Below are positions 1 to 9,192 of a stretch of 24,000 bases of DNA, in pieces; the stretch's first letter is position 1; each line of letters starts with the position of its first letter. Location: positions 101,902 to 125,901 of the forward strand of contig CAVWGJ010000002.1 in NCBI GenBank assembly GCA_963754395.1. Direction: 5' to 3'. Below the pieces are notes generated by a model. The model was given only the letters and a program-made list of their open reading frames with translations. It searched no databases and was not told the DNA's origin. Source of the stretch: an uncultured Actinomycetota bacterium. Its GTDB lineage: Bacteria > Actinomycetota > Actinomycetes > Actinomycetales > Dermatophilaceae. Made by a program: the position numbers and the translations under genes.

Positions 1-335
1 AGGTCGCCCGCCTGCGGGTCGTCGCGCGCAAGGCGAGGATCGGCGACATCGGGGTCCAGGGCAAGTACGTCCGCTTCGGTCCGGTGAAGGACCTCCGGGA
101 GAGCCAGCAGCTGCGCCTCATGCGGCTCTACCCCGGGACCATCGTCAAGGACGCGCTCGGGACGATCCTCGTGCCGGTGCCGACGACGGCCCGGGTCGGC
201 GGCAAGCCGCTGCGCGACCTCGAGGTCGTCGCGTGGGCCCGGCAGCTCATCACTGCGGTGCTGCTCGACGACATCGCCGCTGGGGCCCGGGTGGCCGGGG
301 TGCGCCTCGGCCGCTTCGGGCGCACCGTAAGATGA
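1..335 (+). CDS. mfd: transcription-repair coupling factor Mfd, C-terminal end (5' part outside window)
   Basis: Frame 3 is open from position 3 to TGA 333-335. The translation (..GKYVRFGPVKDLRESQQLRLMRLYPGT..VPVP..LRDLEVVAWARQLI..) resembles the C-terminal domain of actinobacterial Mfd. Its position directly upstream of the mazG-eno block matches conserved actinobacterial synteny. Confidence 0.7.
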   Translation, partial: VARLRVVARKARIGDIGVQGKYVRFGPVKDLRESQQLRLMRLYPGTIVKDALGTILVPVPTTARVGGKPLRDLEVVAWARQLITAVLLDDIAAGARVAGVRLGRFGRTVR

Positions 336-363
336 CACCCGGGTCCGCCAGAGGAGGAGTTCA

Positions 364-903
364 GTGAAGGCAACGTCAGTCCGCGCCTGGTCAGCCAAGC
401 GCGTCGCAGCGACGGCTCTGGTGGGGCTGAGTGCCGTCACCCTGCTCGCCGGCTGCGGCTTCGAGACGAGGCAGCAGGGCGCTGCCGTCGTCAACGGCGA
501 GGTCATCCATTCTGACGCGGTCGAGGAGACCGCTCGGCAGCTGCGCGAGGCCAAGTTCGACTTCCCGGAGAACATCGTCGTCACCGCTCTCGTGGCCTCG
601 CCCCTGCTCCAGGACGCCGTCAACGAGTCGGGCGGCTGGCAGCCGGACGCGACCGCCGCCAGCGCCATCGCCGCGATTCCCGACGCGACCGACACGACGA
701 AGGAGTTCATCAACACCGTCGCCATGCTCCAGTCGGCCCAGATGACTGAAGAGGACCTCGCCCGCTACCGCGAGAACCTCGACAAGGCCACCATCACGGT
801 GAACCCCCGCTACGGCGCGATCGTCCGCTCCGAGCAGCCCCCGGTCTTCTTCACCGTCGGCCAGCAGCGGCCCAACTGGATCCTCGCACCGGACGGTGAG
901 TGA
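364..903 (+). CDS. putative lipoprotein (possibly SurA N-terminal-like chaperone domain)
   Basis: GTG start preceded by GAGGAGG. Signal peptide with lipobox LLAGC. High GC3. The stop overlaps the mazG start (GTGAGTGA). Confidence 0.7.
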   Translation: MKATSVRAWSAKRVAATALVGLSAVTLLAGCGFETRQQGAAVVNGEVIHSDAVEETARQLREAKFDFPENIVVTALVASPLLQDAVNESGGWQPDATAASAIAAIPDATDTTKEFINTVAMLQSAQMTEEDLARYRENLDKATITVNPRYGAIVRSEQPPVFFTVGQQRPNWILAPDGE

Positions 904-1900
904 CCCGACGGACGAGACCGTCCGCGACGAACGACGCCTCGTCCTGCTCCTGTCGACACCCCGGGTCGCCCCGGGCGTGCTCACCCGTGATGCATGGACC
1001 GCGTTGTCACACGCCCGGCACGTATGGGCCGCGCCGGACGAGCCGCAGGCCGAGGCGGTCGCCGAGGCAGGCGTCGAGGTCGTGACGCGCGACCGGTCGG
1101 ATGTCCCGTCGCTCGCCCGTGACCTCGTCACCGCCGCCGCGACCGGCACCGCCGTGTGGATCGGCTCGGCCGACGGCGACCCCGGTCTCAACGAGGCCGT
1201 GGCCACCGAGGTCAGCAGGCTGCCCGAGCCCCCGGACGTCGAGGTGCTCGTCGGCTCGTACGACCTGCCCGGCGCCCGCCTGCTCGACGTGGTCGCCGTC
1301 ATGGACCGGCTGCGCTCCCCGGGGGGCTGCCCGTGGGACGCCCAGCAGACTCACGAGAGCCTCGTCCCCTACCTGCTCGAGGAGGCCCACGAGGCGATCG
1401 AGGCCCTCGAGTCCGGCGACACCGACCACATGCGTGAGGAGCTGGGCGACCTGCTCCTCCAGATCGCGTTCCATGCGCGTGTGGCCGAGGAGCACCCGAG
1501 CGCACCGTTCGACATCGACGACGTCGCAGGCGGGCTCGTCGAGAAGCTCGTCCGCCGGCACCCCCACGTCTTCGCCGACGTCGATGCGCAGACCCCCGAC
1601 GCCGTCGAGGCCAACTGGGAGACGATCAAGGCGGCGGAGAAGGAGCACCGTCTCCATCCTCTGGAGGGCGTGCCCGTCAGCCTCCCTGCACTTGCCCGCG
1701 CGGAGAAGTACGTCAGCCGGCTCGAGCGGAACGGTCGCGCCGACCTGCTCGACCTCGCCGAGTCGGCCGGTGACCTTGGCGCGGAACTGCTCGCGCTCGT
1801 CCGGCGGGCCAGGGCCTCAGGCGTGGACGCCGAGGGAGCCCTACGCGAGACGCTGCGCCAGCTCGCGGGGGCGAGTGAGAGCCAGGCGAGACGCGACTGA
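896..1900 (+). CDS. mazG: nucleoside triphosphate pyrophosphohydrolase MazG (long actinobacterial form with N-terminal extra domain)
   Basis: Contains the MazG motif region GGCPWDAQQTHESLVPYLLEEAHEAIEALE..LGDLLLQIAFHARVAEE. 334 aa, like the mycobacterial MazG. Lies between mfd and eno. Confidence 0.9.
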   Translation: MSDPTDETVRDERRLVLLLSTPRVAPGVLTRDAWTALSHARHVWAAPDEPQAEAVAEAGVEVVTRDRSDVPSLARDLVTAAATGTAVWIGSADGDPGLNEAVATEVSRLPEPPDVEVLVGSYDLPGARLLDVVAVMDRLRSPGGCPWDAQQTHESLVPYLLEEAHEAIEALESGDTDHMREELGDLLLQIAFHARVAEEHPSAPFDIDDVAGGLVEKLVRRHPHVFADVDAQTPDAVEANWETIKAAEKEHRLHPLEGVPVSLPALARAEKYVSRLERNGRADLLDLAESAGDLGAELLALVRRARASGVDAEGALRETLRQLAGASESQARRD

Positions 1901-1914
1901 GCGTGCGCACGGAA

Positions 1915-1969
1915 GCGAGCTCAGCGGCATACCACCAATTCTCTTGATGCCGTATGCCGCTGGGCTCGC
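1915..1969. repeat. inverted pair of the dispersed 18-nt repeat forming an 18-bp-stem hairpin between convergent genes (probable bidirectional terminator)
   Basis: GCGAGCTCAGCGGCATAC (1915-1932) and GTATGCCGCTGGGCTCGC (1952-1969) are complementary apart from one G-T pair, with a 19-nt loop. The pair lies between the mazG stop (1900) and the sugar-transferase stop (1984). Confidence 0.8.
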
Positions 1970-1983
1970 CGGGCGGACACCGC

Positions 1984-3477
1984 TCAGTATGCGCCGGCTG
2001 GGCTGAACACGGCGCGTACCGTCTTGATGACGATGGACAGGTCCTGGACGATCGACCAGTTGTCGACGTAGTAGAGGTCCAGACGCACCGTGTCCTCCCA
2101 CGACAGGTCGCTCCGCCCGGACACCTGCCACAGGCCGGTCATGCCGGGACGGACGTGCAGACGTCGCTGGACGTCGGTCGAGTAGCGCCTGACCTCCGCC
2201 GGCAGGGCCGGTCGAGGACCGACCAGGCTCATCTCGCCGGCGATCACGTTGACCAGCTGGGGCAGCTCGTCGATGGAGTACCGGCGGATGAAGCGGCCGA
2301 CGCGCGTGATCCGGGGATCCTGCTGGGCCTTGAAGAGCACGCCGTCGGCGTTCTGGTTCAGGTGCGTGACGGCGGACAGCCGAGCCTCGGCGTCCACCAC
2401 CATGCTGCGGAACTTCAGGCACTCGAAGAACTCGCCGTCCCTGCCAACCCGGGTCTGCCGGAACAGGATTGGGCCCCCGTCCTGCAGCTTGATCGCGGCC
2501 GCAACCGCCAGCATGAGAGGTCCGAGGACGACGAGGCCCAAGGCCGCACCGATGGCATCGAAGGCGCGCTTCAGGCCGCGGCTGGCCTCGAGGCTCTGCG
2601 GCGGCTCGACGTGGACGAGGGGGAGGCCGCCGACGGGACGCATCATCACGCGGCCGGACGAGATGTCGCTGAGGCTCGGCACGACGGCCATCTGCACGTG
2701 ATGGCCCTCGAGGTCCCAGGCGATGCGCCGGAAGTCGGTCGACGACTGCAGGGCGCCCTCGGTGAAGACGATGAGGTCGGCCTCGCTCTCGCGTGTCGCC
2801 AGTGCGGTCTCGGTGCTGAGGCCCACGACCGGCACCCCGCGCGGGGTCGCCTGGAGCTCGTCGGACGGTGGCAACAGGGCGCCGATGATCCGGTAGCCCA
2901 GCCACGACTCGCGGTCGAGGACCGCTGCGACCTCGTCCACGTGCGGGGCGGAGCCGGCGATGAGGACCTTCGTCACGAGGTAACCGCGCAGGTGGAGGCG
3001 ATGGACGAGCCGACGAGCCGTCCAGCGCCACAGGAGCAGTAGCGGGACACCGAAGACGAACAGGAGGACGAAGAACCCGCGCGAGAGGTTGAATTTCGTC
3101 AGGTAGCTGATGATCCCGATGGCCCCGCCCGTGAAGCCGGCGGCCGCGAGGACCTTGGCGTACTCCGTCGTCCCGACGCCCAGGTGTCCGGACCGGTACG
3201 TGCCGACGGCGAGGTTGACGAGCATCCAGCCGAGCACGACCCAGGGACCGACCGACTGGGCCACCTCGGTGACGTCCGCGGACTCGCGGAAGACGTCGAG
3301 GCGGTATCTGCCGATGGCGGCGAGGGCCGTGGCGAGGACAATGACGGCGAGGTCACCGCCCGCGATGGCCAGCTGGAAGAGCCGAATGCTCTTGGTCCGC
3401 TCGGTGCGCGGCTGGACGACCGGTCGTGCGGCGACAGCGAGCATCCGCACGTCAGCCTCGTGTACGGACTGGACCAT
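1984..3477 (-). CDS. exopolysaccharide/polyprenyl glycosylphosphotransferase (bacterial sugar transferase, WbaP-like)
   Basis: N-terminal transmembrane segments. The C-terminal domain has ..LKRAFD..ILFRQTRVGRDGEFFECLKFRSM..DPRITRVGRFIRRYSIDELPQL.NV..GEMSLVGPRP..RPGMTGLWQVSGR.., typical of the Bac_transf family. Confidence 0.9.
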   Translation of the reverse strand: MVQSVHEADVRMLAVAARPVVQPRTERTKSIRLFQLAIAGGDLAVIVLATALAAIGRYRLDVFRESADVTEVAQSVGPWVVLGWMLVNLAVGTYRSGHLGVGTTEYAKVLAAAGFTGGAIGIISYLTKFNLSRGFFVLLFVFGVPLLLLWRWTARRLVHRLHLRGYLVTKVLIAGSAPHVDEVAAVLDRESWLGYRIIGALLPPSDELQATPRGVPVVGLSTETALATRESEADLIVFTEGALQSSTDFRRIAWDLEGHHVQMAVVPSLSDISSGRVMMRPVGGLPLVHVEPPQSLEASRGLKRAFDAIGAALGLVVLGPLMLAVAAAIKLQDGGPILFRQTRVGRDGEFFECLKFRSMVVDAEARLSAVTHLNQNADGVLFKAQQDPRITRVGRFIRRYSIDELPQLVNVIAGEMSLVGPRPALPAEVRRYSTDVQRRLHVRPGMTGLWQVSGRSDLSWEDTVRLDLYYVDNWSIVQDLSIVIKTVRAVFSPAGAY

Positions 3478-3670
3478 GTTCCAGAAATCTCCCCAACCCC
3501 GAGCGCTTCGCGCCTGCCCTGACTGGACACGTCCCCCGCGACGACGTTAAGAGTATGACCTGAGCCGCTGACGTCGCGCGGCAGAACCGGGAAATGGATG
3601 GTCGTGCCGCGGCGTCGGGGCAGTCGTGAGAGGTTTCTCACGTGTCGGAAGGCAGTGGGTCCCGCTGTGA

Positions 3671-5068
<1,398 letters not shown>

Positions 5069-5099
5069 GCCGGGCCGGCCCACCCGACGTGGAGACCTG

Positions 5100-5702
5100 A
5101 TGCCAGACCGCAGCCCCCGCCCCTCTCGCTCGGGTGACAACGACCGCCAGCGGGCCCAACGGGCCCGTCGCGGTTCCGCGGGGGGCGGGCGGCCACGGCA
5201 GGGATCCACGCGGACGACGGGCCGCCCCAAGCGGGGCAGCGAGCGGCCCGCCCACGCAGCCAGGGCCCGCACCAGGCCGCCCGAGCCCCCATCCCAGTCG
5301 ACGACGTGGGTGCGCGGCGCGATCCTGCTCGGCATCGTCGTCATGCTGGCGGTGACCCTCGTTCCGACGCTTCGGTCGGTCATCCAGCAGAGCAACGACA
5401 CGGTCGCCCTGCAGGAGAAGGTGGAGCGGCAGCGCGCCACCGTGGAGGAGCTGACGAAGCAGGCTGCTCTCTGGAAGGACCCGCGCTACATCGAGGAGCA
5501 GGCCCGCGAGCGGTTGCGGTTCGTGCGCGTCGGTGACCGCGCCTACTCGGTCACCGGCCTCGAGAGCCAGCGCTCGCAGGAGCAGTCCGCGCAGGAGCCG
5601 GTCGTCGCGGCGCCGATGGCCAACGAGTCGGCACCGTGGTACGGCAAGGTGTGGCAGTCCATCCAGATCGCCGACCGACCCACCGCGGGGCTGTCCCGAT
5701 GA
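5100..5702 (+). CDS. septum formation initiator family protein (FtsB/DivIC-like)
   Basis: ATG at 5100 after GGAGA. Arg/Pro-rich disordered N-terminus, one TM helix (AILLGIVVMLAVTLV), then a coiled-coil ..LQEKVERQRATVEELTKQAALWKDPRYIEEQARERLRFV... Conserved position after eno. The longer ORF from 4869 overlaps eno and was trimmed. Confidence 0.85.
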   Translation: MPDRSPRPSRSGDNDRQRAQRARRGSAGGGRPRQGSTRTTGRPKRGSERPAHAARARTRPPEPPSQSTTWVRGAILLGIVVMLAVTLVPTLRSVIQQSNDTVALQEKVERQRATVEELTKQAALWKDPRYIEEQARERLRFVRVGDRAYSVTGLESQRSQEQSAQEPVVAAPMANESAPWYGKVWQSIQIADRPTAGLSR

Positions 5703-6271
5703 CGGGGGCGGAGCCGGCGCACGAGGCCAACCCGCGTGCCATCGACCCGGCTGACCTCGTCGCCGTCGAGCGGCAGCTCGGGCGGCCCCCTCGCGGCGTG
5801 GCGGAGGTCGCCCATCGCTGCTTCTGCGGCCAGCCGGACGTCGTGCGGACCGAGCCGCGGCTGCCGGACGGCACGCCCTTCCCCACCACGTACTACGCGA
5901 CGTGCCCACGGCTCACGGGCGCGATCAGCACTCTCGAGACCGAGGGCGTCATGAAGGAGATGACCGCCCGCCTCGCCGATGACGGGGAGCTCCGCGCTGC
6001 CTACGAGCGGGCCCATGAGCAATACCTGGCCAAGCGGGCCGAGCTCGGCGAGGTCCCCGAGATCGCAGGCGTGTCGGCGGGCGGGATGCCGACCCGGGTC
6101 AAGTGCCTTCACGTCCTCGTCGCGCACTCCCTCGCCGCTGGGCGCGGGGTCAACCCGCTCGGCGACGAGGCGCTCGCCATGCTCCCCGACTGGTGGGTGC
6201 CGACGTCGTGCGCCGCGATCCATGCGACGGAGGACGTGGAGGCCGAGCGCAGGGGCAGCGGCCGTGAGTGA
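5699..6271 (+). CDS. DUF501 domain-containing protein
   Basis: ATG 5699 overlaps the upstream stop (ATGA). Contains ..PFPTTYYATCPRL..GGMPTRVKCLHVLVAH.., characteristic of DUF501. Conserved position between the septum initiator and ppx. Confidence 0.85.
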   Translation: MTGAEPAHEANPRAIDPADLVAVERQLGRPPRGVAEVAHRCFCGQPDVVRTEPRLPDGTPFPTTYYATCPRLTGAISTLETEGVMKEMTARLADDGELRAAYERAHEQYLAKRAELGEVPEIAGVSAGGMPTRVKCLHVLVAHSLAAGRGVNPLGDEALAMLPDWWVPTSCAAIHATEDVEAERRGSGRE

Positions 6272-7229
6272 CGACGTGATGCGGGTCGGAGCAGTGGACT
6301 GCGGCACGAACTCCATCCGCCTCCTCGTCGCCGACATCGACCCCGCGACGAGGACGCTGGTCGACGTGCGGCGCCGCATGGAGATCGTGCGGCTGGGGCA
6401 CGGAGTCGATCGCACCGGTGTCATCTCGGACGAGTCGATGCAGCGCACGCTGGACATGACGAGGACGTATGCCGCTGAGTGCCGTCAGCTCGGAGCGTCC
6501 CGTGTGCGTTTCGTTGCGACCTCCGCCTCGCGCGACGCCCGCAACGCGGCAACCTTCGTCGAGGGGGTCCGGTCCGCCTTCCACCAACTCTGGGGCGCCG
6601 CCGTCGTCCCGGAGGTCGTCAGCGGAGACGAGGAGGCGAGCCTGTCGTTCAGCGGAGCGACCGGCGGCCTGGCCGGGCTGGGTGTTGCCGGTCCCTACCT
6701 CGTGGTCGACATCGGGGGCGGGTCGACCGAGTTCGTCCTGGGCACCAGCCACCTCGAGGCGGCCAGGTCGGTCGACGTCGGCTGCGTGCGGATGACCGAG
6801 CGGCATCTCCACACTGACCCACCGACACCGGACGAGATCGCGGCCGCCACTGCCGACGTGGATCGCGCGATCGACGAGGCGGCGGCCACGGTCCCGTTGT
6901 CCGGGGCGCGCGCGCTCGTCGGCCTCGCCGGAAGCGTCACGACGATCACCGCACACGCACTGCGCCTGCCCCGCTACGACCCGGAGGCGATCCACCTGTC
7001 GCAGCTCCCGGTCGAGCGGCTGACCGAGGCGTGCACGGAACTGCTGGGCATGACGCGGGCCGAGCGTGCCGCCCTGCCGTACCTGCACCCGGGACGGGTC
7101 GACGTCATCGGCGCCGGCGCCCTCGTCTGGCGGCGGATCATCGAGCGGGTCTCCGAGGCGGCGGGGGTGGCCGAGGCCATCACGTCCGAGCACGACATCC
7201 TCGACGGGATTGCCCTGTCCATCGCCTGA
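6264..7229 (+). CDS. ppx: Ppx/GppA family exopolyphosphatase
   Basis: Start is GTG 6264 (GTGAGTGA overlap with the DUF501 stop) or ATG 6279. The N-terminal ASKHA-fold motif RVGAVDCGTNSIRLLVADI and later VVDIGGGSTEF are present. Confidence 0.9.
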   Translation: MSDDVMRVGAVDCGTNSIRLLVADIDPATRTLVDVRRRMEIVRLGHGVDRTGVISDESMQRTLDMTRTYAAECRQLGASRVRFVATSASRDARNAATFVEGVRSAFHQLWGAAVVPEVVSGDEEASLSFSGATGGLAGLGVAGPYLVVDIGGGSTEFVLGTSHLEAARSVDVGCVRMTERHLHTDPPTPDEIAAATADVDRAIDEAAATVPLSGARALVGLAGSVTTITAHALRLPRYDPEAIHLSQLPVERLTEACTELLGMTRAERAALPYLHPGRVDVIGAGALVWRRIIERVSEAAGVAEAITSEHDILDGIALSIA

Positions 7230-7247
7230 GCACACCCCGAACGCCAG

Positions 7248-7321
7248 TACCCCCGCAGGGATTCGAACCCTGACTTGGGCGATTTTAAGTCGCCTGCCTC
7301 TGCCGGTTGGGCTACGGGGGC
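7248..7321 (-). tRNA. tRNA with anticodon UAA (Leu, UUA codon), Leu-like but with a short 5-nt variable loop
   Basis: The reverse complement is GCCCCCGTAGCCCAACCGGCAGAGGCAGGCGACTTAAAATCGCCCAAGTCAGGGTTCGAATCCCTGCGGGGGTA. Acceptor stem GCCCCCG/CGGGGGT (G1-U72). D arm GCC-CAACCGGCAGA-GGC. Anticodon stem GGCGA/TCGCC with loop CTTAAAA. Variable loop CAAGT. T arm CAGGG-TTCGAAT-CCCTG. Discriminator A, no encoded CCA. Confidence 0.85.
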
Positions 7322-7374
7322 GGAGCCCTCAGTATGCCGCGGTGGCCCCATGGCGAGCCCACCATGGTCACCGG

Positions 7375-7810
7375 TCATCTGGGGCGGAAGCCCCATCCTT
7401 CAGGGCGGGCAGGAAGCCCTTCCTGGTCGCGTGGTTGCCGTCCGCGGATATACTCCTTGACGATCTCGAGCGGGGCCCGGCCGCAGGATGCGGCGAGGTA
7501 GGACGGCAACCACAGGTGGCCGCGGGTGCCGGCGCGGTTGACCTGGCCGAGGTACTCGGCATGCAACCGGCGTGACGACACGCCCTTGAGGGAGTTGACG
7601 AGCCTGGAGAGGGTGACGGTCGGGGGGTAGTGCACGAGCAGGTGCACGTGGTTGGGTTCGCCGTTGAACTCGCGCAGCTGGGGCGCCGAAGTCGGCGCAC
7701 ACGTCGCGCATGACCTGCTCGCAGTCGGTGAGCATCACAGACGCGTTGAACACGCCCCGCCGGTCCCTGGGACGAAGACCAAGCGCGCGGTGGTTCCGGC
7801 GCGGTGTCAT
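7375..7810 (-). pseudogene. tnpA: IS200/IS605 Y1 (HUH) transposase TnpA, frameshifted and N-terminally short
   Basis: The distal frame encodes ..QLREFNGEPNHVHLLVHYPP..LVNSLKGVSSRRL..WLPSYLAASCGRAPLEIVKEYI (HUH and catalytic Tyr motifs). The proximal part ..RRGVFNASVMLTDCEQVMRDVCADFGA is in another frame. The two join only if one base is removed from the GGGG run at 7680-7683 (plus strand). A second local frame slip near 7768-7790 is suggested by LVFVP appearing in a third frame. Confidence 0.8.
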
Positions 7811-9024
7811 GGACCAATGCCATACTCGAACATGTGTCCAGGTATCGGTTGCGCCCGACGCGCGCGCAGGAGGTGCTCCTGCTGGAGGCGTGCGCGCATG
7901 CCCGGTACGTGTGGAACCTTGGCCTGGAACAGCGCCTGATGTGGCGTCGCTGGCAGGGCCCGACGCCGGGGCTGGCCGGGCAGAGCCGGCAGCTGACCGA
8001 CGCCCGCGCCGAGTACGAGTGGCTGGCGTCCGGGTCGGTGACGGTGCAGCAGCAGGCGCTGCGGGACCTGGACCGGGCGTGGCGCAACTTCTTTGGCGGC
8101 ACCCACGAGCGGCCGACGTGGCGCAAGGAAGGGGTGCACGAGGGGTTCCGGATCGTCGGGGCGCAGGCGCTGCGGGTCGAGCAGGTCACCCGGTCGTGGT
8201 CGCGCGTGCTCATCCCGAAGATCGGCTGGGTGAAGTTCAAGCGGTCCCGCGCCCTGCCCGAGTTCAAGTCGTACCGGGTCACCCGGGACCGGGCCGGCCG
8301 GTGGCACATCGCGTTCGCCGCGAAACCTGACCCGATCCCGGCGCCGGGCACCGGCGCGGTCGTCGGCGTCGACCGGGGCGTCAAGGTGGCGGTCGCGCTG
8401 TCCACCGGGGAAATGACCAGCCCGGGCCGGCTGCGTCCGAAAGAGCGTGAGCGGCTGCTCCGGCTGCAGCGGAAACTCGCACGGGCGCAGCGTGGGTCGA
8501 ACCGGCGCGGCAGGACCAGGGCCGCGATCGCGCGGCTGAGGGCGCGTGAGGGCGACCGGCGCAGGGACTGGGTCGAGAAGACCAGCACGGACCTCGCGGC
8601 CCGGTTCGAGGTGATCCGGGTCGAGGACCTGAACGTCAAGGGCATGACCCGCTCCGCGAAGGGCATCCCCGAGGCGCCCGGCCGGAACGTGCGCCAGAAA
8701 GCGGGCCTGAACCGGGGCATCCTGGCCCAGGGGTGGGGCCAGTTCGTGACCCGGCTGGAGCAGAAGGCTGCGGGCCGGGTCGAGAAGGTGAACGCTGCGT
8801 ACACGAGCCAGTGCTGCTCGTTGTGCGGGCACGTGGACAAGGACTCGCGCGAGAGCCAAGCGCGGTTCGTGTGCACAGCCTGCGGCTACACCAGCAACGC
8901 TGACGTGAACGCGGCACGGAACATCGCGGCAGGGCATGCCGTGACAGCGCGTGGAGACTGGGGCAGTCCAGCCCGGCCGGTGAAGCGCGAACCTCAACAC
9001 GTGCGACCTGGCAAGGTCGCGTAG
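7804..9024 (+). CDS. tnpB: TnpB (OrfB) RNA-guided endonuclease of IS200/IS605 family
   Basis: N-terminus ..SRYRLRPTRAQEVLLLEACAHARYVWN... RuvC-I Asp in VVGVDRGV, RuvC-II Glu in IRVEDLNVKGM, zinc ribbon CCSLCGH..CTACG, RuvC-III Asp in NADVNAARNI. Uninterrupted 406-aa ORF. The start may be GTG 7804 or GTG 7834. Confidence 0.9.
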   Translation: MSWTNAILEHVSRYRLRPTRAQEVLLLEACAHARYVWNLGLEQRLMWRRWQGPTPGLAGQSRQLTDARAEYEWLASGSVTVQQQALRDLDRAWRNFFGGTHERPTWRKEGVHEGFRIVGAQALRVEQVTRSWSRVLIPKIGWVKFKRSRALPEFKSYRVTRDRAGRWHIAFAAKPDPIPAPGTGAVVGVDRGVKVAVALSTGEMTSPGRLRPKERERLLRLQRKLARAQRGSNRRGRTRAAIARLRAREGDRRRDWVEKTSTDLAARFEVIRVEDLNVKGMTRSAKGIPEAPGRNVRQKAGLNRGILAQGWGQFVTRLEQKAAGRVEKVNAAYTSQCCSLCGHVDKDSRESQARFVCTACGYTSNADVNAARNIAAGHAVTARGDWGSPARPVKREPQHVRPGKVA

Positions 9025-9061
9025 TTGGAATCCCGGCCATTCACGGCCGGGAGGATGTCAA
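8900..9061 (+). ncRNA. candidate TnpB omega/reRNA scaffold (3' end of tnpB plus right end)
   Basis: Placed by analogy with characterised TnpB systems. The only direct sequence support is the two hairpins at 9003-9020 and 9031-9052, followed by GGATGTCAA. The 5' limit is arbitrary. Confidence 0.3.
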
Positions 9062-9192
9062 GGTTGCGTCTCGTCCCCGCTCGAGGCGAGGGCCCGGGAA
9101 CTCCCAGTGACACCTCGAACGCTTAGGGTAGTGACAAGTCGCCACGCCCATCGAGGGGCACGTGGCCCCAGGTGCTGGGGAGGCACGAACAC

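Larger units (their letters stand above)
7322..9061 (+). mobile_element. IS200/IS605-family insertion sequence (divergent tnpA remnant and tnpB); exact ends unresolved
   Basis: Carries a Y1 HUH transposase remnant and a TnpB ORF. Hairpins at the left side: GGGGC-GGAA-GCCCC 7381-7394 and CAGGAA-GCCC-TTCCTG 7410-7425. Hairpins at the right side: GCGACC-TGGCAA-GGTCGC 9003-9020 and TCCCGGCC-ATTCAC-GGCCGGGA 9031-9052. A TCAA at 9058-9061 resembles IS608-type right ends. The boundaries are my guess. Confidence 0.6.

Noticed and set aside
896-903. Identical GTGAGTGA start/stop overlap at two gene junctions (896-903 and 6264-6271).
   Set aside because: This is a common translational-coupling arrangement in GC-rich operons. 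Identity of an 8-mer at two sites is not significant by itself.
7368-9000. 502-aa and 397-aa minus-strand ORFs across the IS.
   Set aside because: They are antisense to TnpB, which has clear RuvC and zinc-ribbon motifs. Only the 7375-7810 portion carries real tnpA homology, and that is in other frames.
7230-9192. tRNA as attachment site of an integrated genomic island.
   Set aside because: There is no integrase and no direct repeat of the tRNA 3' end. The tRNA 3' end faces the conserved ppx gene. The inserted DNA is a single IS at the 5' side.
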